From: a virus
Virus record (IMG/VR): IMGVR_UViG_3300042114_000112
Span: 1 to 49,533 of that record
Reading direction: 5' to 3' (one strand)
Length of the DNA: 49,533 nucleotides
Part shown: one piece after another, positions 1 to 8,107 of the stretch
Layout: the number at the start of each line of letters is the position of its first letter
How positions within the stretch are numbered: position 1 is the first letter of the stretch
Position numbers and translations under genes: made by a program
The notes under the pieces: generated by a model
Told to the model about the DNA's origin: nothing
The model's database searches: none
The model's input: the letters and a program-made list of their open reading frames with translations, nothing else

Positions 1-127
1 AAAGTGAATGTTTAATCTAAATTTTTACGAAAGGAATTTGTAAAATATTTTTAAATTAGGGAAAATAGATAATCCGTATCTATTGGTTTTGTGTAGTAGC
101 TTGATTAGTAAAAAATTTAAGGAGGTA
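1..127. repeat. Terminal duplication copy 1, identical to 49407..49533 (circular-assembly overlap)
   Basis: Read base by base: 1..127 matches 49407..49533 exactly. The duplication falls in an intergenic region. Confidence 0.95.
64..84. promoter_or_regulatory. Inverted repeat AATAGATA-N5-TATCTATT followed by GGTTTTG
   Basis: Perfect 8-bp stem read in the junction intergenic region, upstream of the first rightward ORF. Function (operator or hairpin) is unknown. Confidence 0.35.
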
Positions 128-131
128 AATT

Positions 132-275
132 TTGGGAAAAAGTAAAATGGTAATGGATAAAAAAACATATATGGATTTTTATTGTAAATCAAAAAAAGAG
201 TTTATTGAAAAAAGTGCTTTTGAAAAATTAAAAGAAAAAGATAGAAAAAATTTCTTTAGAGGTAAGTCAAAATGA
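132..275 (+). CDS. Small hypothetical protein (47 codons, TTG start; alternative ATG at 147)
   Basis: AAGGAGG at 119..125 lies 6 nt before the TTG. The stop overlaps the next ATG (ATGA). Confidence 0.4.
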   Translation: MGKSKMVMDKKTYMDFYCKSKKEFIEKSAFEKLKEKDRKNFFRGKSK

Positions 276-502
276 TAGACATACAAAAACTAAAAGAAAG
301 ATTTTTAGAAGTAGAGTGTAAACAAGACTTTGATGATTTAAAGTTAAACTATAGTATGAGCAGTGCTGATTTAGCTGATAGAGATGAAGCAATAAGACTT
401 TTAGAGTTAGAGTTTCCACACTATTGTAATGTAGATAAAAGAAATGCTGATATTTTAAAAAGTATCAAAGATGGTGAGGCTGATATGCCTAATTTAGATT
501 AA
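272..502 (+). CDS. Hypothetical protein (76 aa, acidic)
   Basis: Track ORF in a tightly packed co-directional array. No motif recognised. Confidence 0.55.
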   Translation: MIDIQKLKERFLEVECKQDFDDLKLNYSMSSADLADRDEAIRLLELEFPHYCNVDKRNADILKSIKDGEADMPNLD

Positions 503-520
503 AATAAAAAGGATAAAAAG

Positions 521-943
521 ATGAAAAAAATATTATTAAGTGCTATTTTAGCAACATTGTTTTTAAGTGGATGTTATGATGATGCTGAAATGGCATCACA
601 CAATTTAAGTAAAGCTGCTGATAATTTTGAAATAGATAGAAGAATAGTTTTCTACAATGGAATAACTGGTGAATACATGCTAACCATAGAAGGGAAATGC
701 TCTATAACTGACCAAACAAATCAGCTAGAAGTTGTTTGTAAAATTGGAAGCAATCAATACAAAAAACACTTTCTAGGATTAAGTGATAATGTTACTTATT
801 TTGCAGAACAAATGCAAACAGCTGATGTTAATTTATATCATCATAGAGTTACTTTTAAACCACAAACTATTCTTCCTGATATAGACTTTAAAGGCGATGT
901 AAAAAGTGCAGTTAATGCAGTAGTTCCATATAATAAAGATTAA
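521..943 (+). CDS. Putative lipoprotein (140 aa)
   Basis: N-terminal signal peptide ending in a lipobox: MKKILLSAILATLFLSG|C. Confidence 0.65.
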   Translation: MKKILLSAILATLFLSGCYDDAEMASHNLSKAADNFEIDRRIVFYNGITGEYMLTIEGKCSITDQTNQLEVVCKIGSNQYKKHFLGLSDNVTYFAEQMQTADVNLYHHRVTFKPQTILPDIDFKGDVKSAVNAVVPYNKD

Positions 944-977
944 TGTTCTATGTGGAACAATTTAAAGGTATGTAAAA

Positions 978-1187
978 ATGAAAATTTATATTAATACTGT
1001 TGGTGGTTTTGTTAGTGATAGTTTTTCAATATTAAATCAAATAGAAAAAATTGAATATGAAAAAACAATTGCAGGAACAATTAAATGCAAATTTGATTTA
1101 AAAAAATTTAGAAAAGTATTTTGTATTGTAGTTAAATCTCATGAATGGCACAAAAACAAAAAAAGAAGATATAAAAATAGGAGATAA
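978..1187 (+). CDS. Hypothetical protein (69 aa, basic C-terminus)
   Basis: Track ORF in the co-directional array. Confidence 0.45.
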   Translation: MKIYINTVGGFVSDSFSILNQIEKIEYEKTIAGTIKCKFDLKKFRKVFCIVVKSHEWHKNKKRRYKNRR

Positions 1188-1188
1188 A

Positions 1189-1548
1189 ATGGAAAAGATG
1201 AATAAGCTTGGAACGCTGAAAAAGTGTCCAAAATGTTATGGAGCTAGAAATATGGAATTATTTTATATTAGACATATTCCAAAAGAAGAAAAAAATGATA
1301 CTTTAGGAAATTTAATTGGTTTTGAAGATGAATATATGGAGATACAATGTACTAATTGTGGATATATAGAAAAAGAACTTCCAGTTGATTTTTATAAAGA
1401 AAAAAGTAAGTCATCTTGTGAAAAACTTAAAGAATGGAGTGAAAAAGATATAGCTACTATTACAAATCAATGTGGTAAAACTTTATTACAAGCAAATATG
1501 GTAAAAGAATGTGTTGAAGAATATTTAAAACATAAAGGAGAAAAATAA
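1189..1548 (+). CDS. Zinc-ribbon protein (CPKC...CTNC), 119 aa
   Basis: AGGAGA Shine-Dalgarno precedes the ATG at 1189, 1 nt after the previous stop. The track start at 1141 would overlap the upstream gene. Two CxxC pairs are present. Confidence 0.55.
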   Translation: MEKMNKLGTLKKCPKCYGARNMELFYIRHIPKEEKNDTLGNLIGFEDEYMEIQCTNCGYIEKELPVDFYKEKSKSSCEKLKEWSEKDIATITNQCGKTLLQANMVKECVEEYLKHKGEK

Positions 1549-1841
1549 TGGATAATAGTAGAAGCGAGAAGCATATTACAAAAAAGTATTTACCTGCAAA
1601 TAAAGGTAAAGCATCTGTAAATGTTAGTATATGGATTGAGGCTAAACTTTTTGAAGAGTTTGATATTTTTTGTAAGAAAAAGATTGTATCAAAGAATCTA
1701 GTAATACATACAGCTATGAGAAAATATATGAAGCTAGGTAATAAGTTCAATGTTAAAACTGACAAGTTTTCCTCAACAACAAGACAAGATTATATTCGTG
1801 CAGCTATAGAGTGGTATATAAGTAATGAACAAAAAGACTAA
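1548..1841 (+). CDS. Possible ribbon-helix-helix (Arc/CopG-like) DNA-binding protein
   Basis: The segment ASVNVSIWIEAKLFEEFDIFCKKKIVSKNLVIHTAMRKYM fits a strand-helix-helix pattern. This is a motif-level call only. Confidence 0.4.
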   Translation: MDNSRSEKHITKKYLPANKGKASVNVSIWIEAKLFEEFDIFCKKKIVSKNLVIHTAMRKYMKLGNKFNVKTDKFSSTTRQDYIRAAIEWYISNEQKD

Positions 1842-2010
1842 ACAAAATAAAGAAGTTTTAGACCATAATGATATTACTTGTAAGTTTGAAAGAAAAACTG
1901 TTGTAGAAGATGAGATGGAAAATATGACTCGTCCATATACTAAAAAAGAAGAGAAAATGATAAAAGATTTTCTTAAAAACAAGAAGAAAAAGGTAAAAAA
2001 TGAAACTTAA
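1825..2010 (+). CDS. Hypothetical protein (61 aa, Lys/Glu-rich)
   Basis: Track ORF in the array, overlapping its neighbours by a few codons. Confidence 0.4.
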   Translation: MNKKTKQNKEVLDHNDITCKFERKTVVEDEMENMTRPYTKKEEKMIKDFLKNKKKKVKNET

Positions 2011-2251
2011 ATATGAGCATAAAAATTCTGATTTTAAAATAGTTCCAACAGTTATTTCTATTGAAGATAAAAATTCAAATAGAATTTTTATTCATGATAG
2101 AATGAAAATTGTTGATGGGTTTGCACTTTTTAAAAAATTGCCTTATATATTTTTTATGTATGAATGGATTAAAGAACAAGAATCTGAAAAATATGAAGAT
2201 TTAGTAAAGTCTATAGAATTTAGAACAGGAGTAAAATATGACAATATATGA
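2000..2251 (+). CDS. Hypothetical protein (83 aa)
   Basis: Track ORF in the array. Confidence 0.5.
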   Translation: MKLKYEHKNSDFKIVPTVISIEDKNSNRIFIHDRMKIVDGFALFKKLPYIFFMYEWIKEQESEKYEDLVKSIEFRTGVKYDNI

Positions 2252-2459
2252 TAAAAATAGAAATATATTCACAAACGGATGTTTAGTAGAGTACAATGGT
2301 AAAAACTATGACCTCAGCATAAGCAATTCAGGAGTACACCTCAGCGGAGAATATGAAGAAAAACACATAGAAGCAAGAGATGGAGATATACTTGAAGAGA
2401 TTATGATAGTTACTGTTGCTGATAAGCTTACTGGAAATTTATTTGAGATAGGAGAGTGA
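2238..2459 (+). CDS. Hypothetical protein (73 aa)
   Basis: Track ORF in the array. Confidence 0.5.
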   Translation: MTIYDKNRNIFTNGCLVEYNGKNYDLSISNSGVHLSGEYEEKHIEARDGDILEEIMIVTVADKLTGNLFEIGE

Positions 2460-2460
2460 T

Positions 2461-2868
2461 ATGGAAAGAGAGATAAAATTTAAGTATATATATACAGATG
2501 GTAAACATTCATTTGTCAAAGTTTTTACTTTAAGTGATATTGAACAAGGATTACAGTTTGATGAAATAAGTGATAGTCCACTTTTAAAAGATTATAGAAT
2601 AGTATGTAGGTTTCAATACACAGGATTAAAAGATAAAAATGATGTTGATATTTATGATTGTGACATTATAAAACAAACATCAAGTGACGGAGAAGATTTT
2701 ATTCATATAATTGGATACGAAAATTATGAAGCTAGGTTTGTTGCATATTTTAAGATAGACTATCATACGGATATGTCATTTTGTGGATTGGTTGCACGAT
2801 GGACTGATAAAAAAGAAGTTATCGGAAACATATACGAAAATCCTGAATTATTAGAGGAGAAAAAATAA
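2461..2868 (+). CDS. YopX-family protein
   Basis: GLKDKNDVDIYDCDII and the C-terminal VIGNIYENPELLEE match the YopX family signature (recalled consensus ...IGNIhENPELL). Confidence 0.7.
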   Translation: MEREIKFKYIYTDGKHSFVKVFTLSDIEQGLQFDEISDSPLLKDYRIVCRFQYTGLKDKNDVDIYDCDIIKQTSSDGEDFIHIIGYENYEARFVAYFKIDYHTDMSFCGLVARWTDKKEVIGNIYENPELLEEKK

Positions 2869-2869
2869 A

Positions 2870-3430
2870 ATGAAAAATGAATGTTTACACCTACTTGGAG
2901 ATGGTGCTTTTTTGATAGAAGATAAAGAGCTTACTTATGAAGAACATAAAAGTGGAAAGAATTTTAATTTAAAAACGAAGTCATCTTGTGAAAGAAAGTT
3001 TAAAGTTGGAGATATTGTTACTGGAGTAAATCCTGAGCAGTTATCTATATATAATAAAGCACTTGAAATTATTGATTATGATATATCTGATGGAAAATAT
3101 GAGCTTGAAAATTTTATTTGGTATAAACATGAGGATTTAAAATTGCATAATCTTGATGATATTACACTTGAAAGATATGATGAGCAAAAAACGAAGTCAA
3201 GTTGTGAAGATGTTAAATCTTATAATATAGGAACTTCCAACTATTCACAAATGAAAATACAACCTTGGGATATTTTTGAAGCACACCCACATTTGAATTA
3301 TTGGGAGTGTGATATTATAAAAAGAATACTTAGAAGTAAAAGTGGAGATAGTAGGCTAATGGATTACAAAAAGTGCAGACATATTATTGATTTTTTAATT
3401 GATATGGAGGAAAAAAATGGAAACAATTAG
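2870..3430 (+). CDS. DUF3310-like phage protein with N-terminal extension
   Basis: The C-terminal block YSQMKIQPWDIFEA...WECDIIKRILRSKSG...DYKKCRHIIDFLI resembles the DUF3310 consensus (recalled). Confidence 0.5.
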   Translation: MKNECLHLLGDGAFLIEDKELTYEEHKSGKNFNLKTKSSCERKFKVGDIVTGVNPEQLSIYNKALEIIDYDISDGKYELENFIWYKHEDLKLHNLDDITLERYDEQKTKSSCEDVKSYNIGTSNYSQMKIQPWDIFEAHPHLNYWECDIIKRILRSKSGDSRLMDYKKCRHIIDFLIDMEEKNGNN

Positions 3431-3536
3431 AAATTTTTATGAAGATAAAAAGAAAATGGTTTTTGGTCGTGGATATTATAATAATCTTGAAGTGATACTT
3501 TTGTATATACTTGGTGCTATTGGGTGGTACTTATAA
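3417..3536 (+). CDS. Small membrane peptide (39 aa)
   Basis: I translated METIRNFYEDKKKMVFGRGYYNNLEVILLYILGAIGWYL myself. It is below the track cutoff and has GGAGG upstream. Confidence 0.35.
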   Translation: METIRNFYEDKKKMVFGRGYYNNLEVILLYILGAIGWYL

Positions 3537-3537
3537 T

Positions 3538-3708
3538 ATGGAAAATGGAAAAATAATCAGACAGTTAGAAGCTGAGAAGTATGAGTTTGAGTGTAAAGTA
3601 AAAGAGCTTATGAAGTTTATAGAAGATGAAAAGTTGAAACAAAAAAGTGCTATAGGGCATAATGTTTTTACTATTATAGAAGATGAAGTTAGGAGGATTT
3701 TTAAATGA
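3538..3708 (+). CDS. Hypothetical protein (56 aa from the ATG at 3538)
   Basis: The track ORF starts at a TTG at 3511. The in-frame ATG at 3538 avoids overlapping the small ORF upstream. Confidence 0.45.
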   Translation: MENGKIIRQLEAEKYEFECKVKELMKFIEDEKLKQKSAIGHNVFTIIEDEVRRIFK

Positions 3709-3905
3709 AAATAAGTGTTATTGGTATTACTGGAATTTTATTCGTTATTTTTTTTATTTTACATATTGTAGCTAGTCCTGATTTAAAAACTATTGGATTT
3801 GAACTTGCAAGTATGTGGTACTTTCAGCTTTGGTTCTATACATTTATGGCTACTTTTTTACTTGTAGCTGATATTTTTTATGTATTATTAAAGAACAAAA
3901 AATGA
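3705..3905 (+). CDS. Small membrane protein (2 predicted TM segments)
   Basis: Hydrophobic stretches VIGITGILFVIFFILHIV and FYTFMATFLLVADIFYVLL. ATGA-coupled to its neighbours. Confidence 0.55.
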   Translation: MKISVIGITGILFVIFFILHIVASPDLKTIGFELASMWYFQLWFYTFMATFLLVADIFYVLLKNKK

Positions 3906-4108
3906 AAAAAATACTTTTTATATCACTTATAGTAAATTTTTATCTATTGTTTTATGGATACTTTTTACGATGTGAAGTTAAAAAGCAAGGTGTGACTATA
4001 TACTCTCAAAATAAGACTTTAGAGTATCTTACAGAGAAGTATATAGGAACAAAACAAGAGCAACAGCTTTTAAAAGAAGCTAATGAAATGATGAGGAGTA
4101 GAAGATGA
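3902..4108 (+). CDS. Small protein with N-terminal TM/signal anchor
   Basis: N-terminus MKKILFISLIVNFYLLFYGYF. ATGA-coupled on both sides. Confidence 0.55.
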   Translation: MKKILFISLIVNFYLLFYGYFLRCEVKKQGVTIYSQNKTLEYLTEKYIGTKQEQQLLKEANEMMRSRR

Positions 4109-4323
4109 AAGTACATTATATTGGAGAAAGTGCAGGAGATTCAAAAGAAGCATATGAAGCTTGGGAAAATGAAGGTCTAATACCAGAAAAAACAAAACTA
4201 TGTACTGGCTTTATGATGATAAAAGGAAATGAAGATTTTTTTACAAACAAAGTAAGTGATGTGACTTGTGGATTATGCAAAAGAATGTTAAAAAAATCTT
4301 TTAGAAATTTTAAACATAATTAA
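4105..4323 (+). CDS. Hypothetical protein (72 aa)
   Basis: Track ORF with an ATGA overlap to the upstream gene. Confidence 0.5.
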   Translation: MKVHYIGESAGDSKEAYEAWENEGLIPEKTKLCTGFMMIKGNEDFFTNKVSDVTCGLCKRMLKKSFRNFKHN

Positions 4324-4336
4324 TAATGAGGAGTAA

Positions 4337-4624
4337 ATGATGATAACAAAATCTTTAGCTGTATTAAATGAGTACAAAGATGCTATGAAACAAAGAGGAA
4401 TGTCTGAGTATTACACAAGGATAGATGAAGCTATATTAGAACTTGAAGAGCTACAGAGCATAGATTGTGAAATTATTAAAGTAATAACTGGAAAACCTTA
4501 TAATGGAGGAATAATTGGAATTATGGCTAATATGTTTAATTTAAAGGAAAAAGAAACATACGAAGTAACAATAAGAGAAATAGATAAAAAAAGGAAAAGA
4601 GAAAATGTCTTTAAAAGCTATTAA
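4337..4624 (+). CDS. Hypothetical protein (95 aa)
   Basis: GAGGAG lies upstream of ATGATG. Track ORF. Confidence 0.5.
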   Translation: MMITKSLAVLNEYKDAMKQRGMSEYYTRIDEAILELEELQSIDCEIIKVITGKPYNGGIIGIMANMFNLKEKETYEVTIREIDKKRKRENVFKSY

Positions 4625-4796
4625 AATACTTGAAAATTGGCAATATGGAAAGCAAGACAAAAATCCAACAAATATGGAAATTGTACAAGCAATAAAACAA
4701 CTTGAAGAGTTACAAGAAACAGTAAGAGTTTTACAAAATGAAAATGTTTCTTTAAATGTTAAGTTAATGGTATTTACAAAAGCAAAAAAGGAGTAA
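4605..4796 (+). CDS. Hypothetical protein (63 aa, coiled-coil-like)
   Basis: Track ORF in the array. Confidence 0.45.
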   Translation: MSLKAIKILENWQYGKQDKNPTNMEIVQAIKQLEELQETVRVLQNENVSLNVKLMVFTKAKKE

Positions 4797-4798
4797 AA

Positions 4799-5287
4799 AT
4801 GAGTGCAAATAATCATAATCTTTTAAAAACTATAAGAGATGAAATAAGTAAATTAAGCAAGGAACTAAATGAGATAAATATACTCCACGAAGCTATGTAT
4901 ATGACATTAAGCGGTTATTCAAAAGAGATTGTCGATATGGATGATAAATCGCTTGATGGAGTTCCTTTACGGATTGCAAATAGTATGCTAAAAGAGTTCA
5001 AGAAAAAACGAAAGCTTTATAGTATGAGTGAAGCTAAAAAAGTAGTAGATATGCTTAAAAAGTTTGATATTGAGTTTAACGATAGAAAAACAGCTCCAAG
5101 CATATTGCTTATACTTACTTTAGACTATCTTCTAAATATAGTTGAGCATCATCGCACAAAGCTGTTATTTGGTCACTATAGGGAGGATGTGAAGATGATG
5201 TATTTTTCTATAAATGAAAATTCTACATATTCTAAACATCTTGATGAACATTTAAAAATAATTGAAAAGTTTGAAAGGATTGTTTGA
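4799..5287 (+). CDS. Hypothetical protein (162 aa)
   Basis: Track ORF with AAGGAG upstream. Confidence 0.55.
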   Translation: MSANNHNLLKTIRDEISKLSKELNEINILHEAMYMTLSGYSKEIVDMDDKSLDGVPLRIANSMLKEFKKKRKLYSMSEAKKVVDMLKKFDIEFNDRKTAPSILLILTLDYLLNIVEHHRTKLLFGHYREDVKMMYFSINENSTYSKHLDEHLKIIEKFERIV

Positions 5288-5379
5288 TGGAAAGTAAACA
5301 AAAAAGAATACTTTTCATTATAGGTATTATTAGCATTTATGCTATGTTGTGTTTTTATACAGGAGGAATTGTATGTTAA
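5287..5379 (+). CDS. Small membrane peptide (30 aa)
   Basis: I translated MESKQKRILFIIGIISIYAMLCFYTGGIVC. It has a TGATG overlap upstream and overlaps the next start. Confidence 0.3.
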   Translation: MESKQKRILFIIGIISIYAMLCFYTGGIVC

Positions 5380-5594
5380 GAGATGAAGCAAAAAACGACT
5401 TATTTCAAAAAATAAGGCTAGGAATTATTGGAAATGGTACGCAAATATCTAATTTTATTGATAAAATATATGATAGTTTTGAAAATAAATCTTGTGATGG
5501 TTGCATACACAAAGATGCAAAAGATAAAAATGAATTAATTGACTATAGTTGTTTAGAGTGTAGTAGATACTATACTGATAAATTTAAAAAATAA
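5373..5594 (+). CDS. Cys-rich small protein (73 aa)
   Basis: AGGAGG lies 5 nt before the ATG at 5373; the track start at 5349 is less likely. CDGC...CLEC pairs are present. Confidence 0.5.
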   Translation: MLRDEAKNDLFQKIRLGIIGNGTQISNFIDKIYDSFENKSCDGCIHKDAKDKNELIDYSCLECSRYYTDKFKK

Positions 5595-5607
5595 GGAGAA
5601 AAATAAG

Positions 5608-6177
5608 ATGTTTGAAGTATTAGATAAAATATGTGAACCAAAAAGATGTACTAGATATAGTGCTTATGTAGATTTATTTAGTCGTGAAGATTGCATAATA
5701 GGTGCTGGAGAAACTAAGGTTATTAAGTTGGGTGTTAAGATTGATGTTGAGCAACTAAAGAAAATGTTAGATATATCACACTTAGGACATCATTATAAAA
5801 AAATAGAAAGAATTGGAGATGAGTTAAAAAACAGACTTGATATTGTATTTGAACATTTTCTAAAATCCCACTACATAGAAGTAGCACTTAGAAGCTCACT
5901 AGCAGTTAAAGGATTAATAATAGCAAATGGCATAGGTATTATTGATTTAGATTATCCTGATGAGATTGGATTGATTGTACATAATCCAGTACAAATAAAA
6001 GAGATTGTGCAAAATGGATGTAATTATACTATTCCTATAGATAGTGATGATTGTGAATTTTTAATCAGCAAAGGCGACAAAGTAGCACAATGTACAATTA
6101 AAGAACATAAAGGTTATTTGATGGGATATGAAAGCGATGTTATTCGTGATGGTGGATTTGGTTCAACTGGTAAATAA
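5608..6177 (+). CDS. dut: dUTP diphosphatase (trimeric dUTPase) with a large internal insertion
   Basis: Motifs in order: SAYVDL, RSS, GIIDLDYPDEIGLIVHN, KGDKVAQ, RDGGFGSTGK. Confidence 0.85.
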   Translation: MFEVLDKICEPKRCTRYSAYVDLFSREDCIIGAGETKVIKLGVKIDVEQLKKMLDISHLGHHYKKIERIGDELKNRLDIVFEHFLKSHYIEVALRSSLAVKGLIIANGIGIIDLDYPDEIGLIVHNPVQIKEIVQNGCNYTIPIDSDDCEFLISKGDKVAQCTIKEHKGYLMGYESDVIRDGGFGSTGK

Positions 6178-6178
6178 T

Positions 6179-6505
6179 ATGCAATATGTAAAAAAAGAAG
6201 TTAGAACAATAAATGGAGTTAAAAAACTCCGTTGTTCGCAATGTAAATATTGGTATCCGTTTGAAGAATATAGCAACAACAAATATACTTCAACTGGAAA
6301 AATGAGTTATTGTAAACACTGTCAAAAGTCACACTATGATGATAAAAGAAATGTAGTGTCAAACACATCTATTGTTGGAGTATTTGTATATGCTTGTGAG
6401 TGTTGTAAAGAAGAGTTTGTTACAAAGAAAAGTAATAAGGTTTATTGTAGTAATAAGTGTCGTAAACACGACTGGTATGTAAAAAATGAAAAGGGTAATA
6501 AATGA
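6179..6505 (+). CDS. Cys-rich zinc-finger protein (108 aa)
   Basis: The ATG at 6179 lies just after the dut stop. Several CxxC pairs (CSQC, CKHC, CECC, CSNKC). Confidence 0.55.
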   Translation: MQYVKKEVRTINGVKKLRCSQCKYWYPFEEYSNNKYTSTGKMSYCKHCQKSHYDDKRNVVSNTSIVGVFVYACECCKEEFVTKKSNKVYCSNKCRKHDWYVKNEKGNK

Positions 6506-6828
6506 GTGAATATAAAAAGTTAAAAAATAAGATATTTAAACTTGAGCAAGATGTTGAAACTGAAACTTTGAAAAATAATAAGCTAAATGAAGCTTTGAAA
6601 AACTCTATGCAAAATTGGAAAGATTTAACAGTAAAACATAGTGAACTAATACAAAGAAAAGATGAAATAAATGAAGTAAAAAATATGCTTATAATTGAAA
6701 ATAGTAATTTAAAAAGCTTCAATGAAAGAAAAACAGAAACTATAAGTGACTTAATATCTCAAAATCTTACAAAAGACAATGAAATATCACACTTAAAATA
6801 TATGATAGAGCAAATGAGAGGATGGTGA
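6502..6828 (+). CDS. Coiled-coil protein (108 aa), last gene of the rightward arm
   Basis: Track ORF with a heptad-like Lys/Glu/Leu/Asn-rich sequence. Confidence 0.5.
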   Translation: MSEYKKLKNKIFKLEQDVETETLKNNKLNEALKNSMQNWKDLTVKHSELIQRKDEINEVKNMLIIENSNLKSFNERKTETISDLISQNLTKDNEISHLKYMIEQMRGW

Positions 6829-6830
6829 GT

Positions 6831-7031
6831 TTACCTCATCAGCTCATCTACCATCTCTTCACTAAAATCATATCTTCCATCATAGTCTCTTGACCTCATC
6901 ATTAAAATATCTTTTAAATCATCATCATTGTTAGCTTTTGCTATCTCTATATCTTCTTTACTTTCTTTCATTAGCTTTTCTAGTGCTATTTCCATATCGT
7001 TTATTTTGTTTGTGTATTGAGATAGTTTCAT
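6831..7031 (-). CDS. Hypothetical acidic protein (66 aa), last gene of the leftward arm
   Basis: Track ORF with AAAGG upstream. It is separated from the endolysin by a terminator and about 370 bp of non-coding sequence. Confidence 0.5.
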   Translation of the reverse strand: MKLSQYTNKINDMEIALEKLMKESKEDIEIAKANNDDDLKDILMMRSRDYDGRYDFSEEMVDELMR

Positions 7032-7121
7032 ATATGACCTTTTTTACTTCTTCGGCTCAGTGATGCCACGACTGTAGTTTTACCTACGGATTTATTATAT
7101 ACAAAGTTTCATTAAATATGC

Positions 7122-7161
7122 AAAAAGCCACACTGAATTTTATCAATGTGGCTTTTATTTT
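7122..7161. terminator. Bidirectional rho-independent terminator
   Basis: AAAAA-GCCACA-N14-TGTGGC-TTTTATTTT. The A-tract and T-tract flank the stem, so it can act on both strands. Confidence 0.65.
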
Positions 7162-7400
7162 ACTGTAAAAATTTATTTGACTAAGGAGATAGTCCAATGA
7201 AAAAATCCACACAAACTGGGAACTTTGTGCTTATGTGAATTATATCAAATTTTAATTAAAAAAGATACTTTTTATGTTATCTTTTGTTTTTTATTGTTAA
7301 TATTAAAGCCATCTCATATTTTTCCTTTTGTAAAATTAAGTAAAAAATTATATCATAAAATTTTTAATATCTTCTTACTGATGTTGGTAAAACGATATTA

Positions 7401-8075
7401 TTATATTAAGTGCTTTATTTTATTAAAGTGTTCTCGTCTCTCTTTGTAAGAGTTTGTGTGCTTGTTTATTACACTTGTGATGTTATCTACATCTTTATCG
7501 ATTACTCCTGCATCTGCAAGTTTATATAAGTCTTTCCATATCCAAAAAGCTAGTCCAGCAAGTATTGCACCTTCTAAGGTATGAATATCATTTTTTAGTA
7601 TATTTATAGTTGTACCAGGTGCATACTTTTCTATTCTTTTTTGTACTTCAATATAGTTACTTTTCCCTGTAATTTGAAGAACACCAGCACCTCTATATTT
7701 CCAACCATCATCATCTTCATCAAGATTTCCATCTTTATCAGTATCAGCTTCACCATTTCCAAGTCTATTTGCATATACTATATTTGCTATTGCTACTTGA
7801 TTTGCTACTGGAGTATCTTCATCTCTTGCATATTTTTCAGCTAGTTCAGGTGTCATACTTTTAAATAGTTTTTTAGCTGCATCTTCTGAATAGTTTAGAT
7901 TCTCAGATACAGGATTAAACTCTGCACCTACCTCTTCTCTTACTTGTGCTAAAAAGTGTGCCATTCTTTGATTTGTATTTGTTCCAAAGTTTGTATGATT
8001 ATGTAGTATAGTAACTACTTCATCTACATTTTTTGTTTTTGGAAAAAGTATTTGAATCATTTTTTTTGTGTTCAC
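7401..8075 (-). CDS. Endolysin, glycoside hydrolase family 19 (chitinase-like)
   Basis: AHFLAQVREEVG...SENLNYS...GWKYRGAGVLQITGKSNY matches the recalled GH19 phage-lysin signature. It sits at the end of the lysis cassette. Confidence 0.85.
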   Translation of the reverse strand: MNTKKMIQILFPKTKNVDEVVTILHNHTNFGTNTNQRMAHFLAQVREEVGAEFNPVSENLNYSEDAAKKLFKSMTPELAEKYARDEDTPVANQVAIANIVYANRLGNGEADTDKDGNLDEDDDGWKYRGAGVLQITGKSNYIEVQKRIEKYAPGTTINILKNDIHTLEGAILAGLAFWIWKDLYKLADAGVIDKDVDNITSVINKHTNSYKERREHFNKIKHLI

Positions 8076-8107
8076 AATAAGTCCTTTAATATATTTTTGC
8101 TATAATT

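Noticed and set aside
7197-7238. 13-codon micro-ORF (MKKSTQTGNFVLM) with a consensus AAGGAG 8 nt upstream, just after the bidirectional terminator.
   Set aside because: The Shine-Dalgarno is striking, but the ORF is tiny, faces the 3' end of the minus-strand endolysin and has no downstream plus-strand gene to regulate. I cannot support it as a gene from sequence alone.
7162-7400. attP or integration module in the ~240-bp AT-rich non-coding stretch downstream of the endolysin.
   Set aside because: There is no integrase or excisionase gene anywhere nearby and no recognisable tRNA-fragment core. AT-rich non-coding DNA alone is not evidence.
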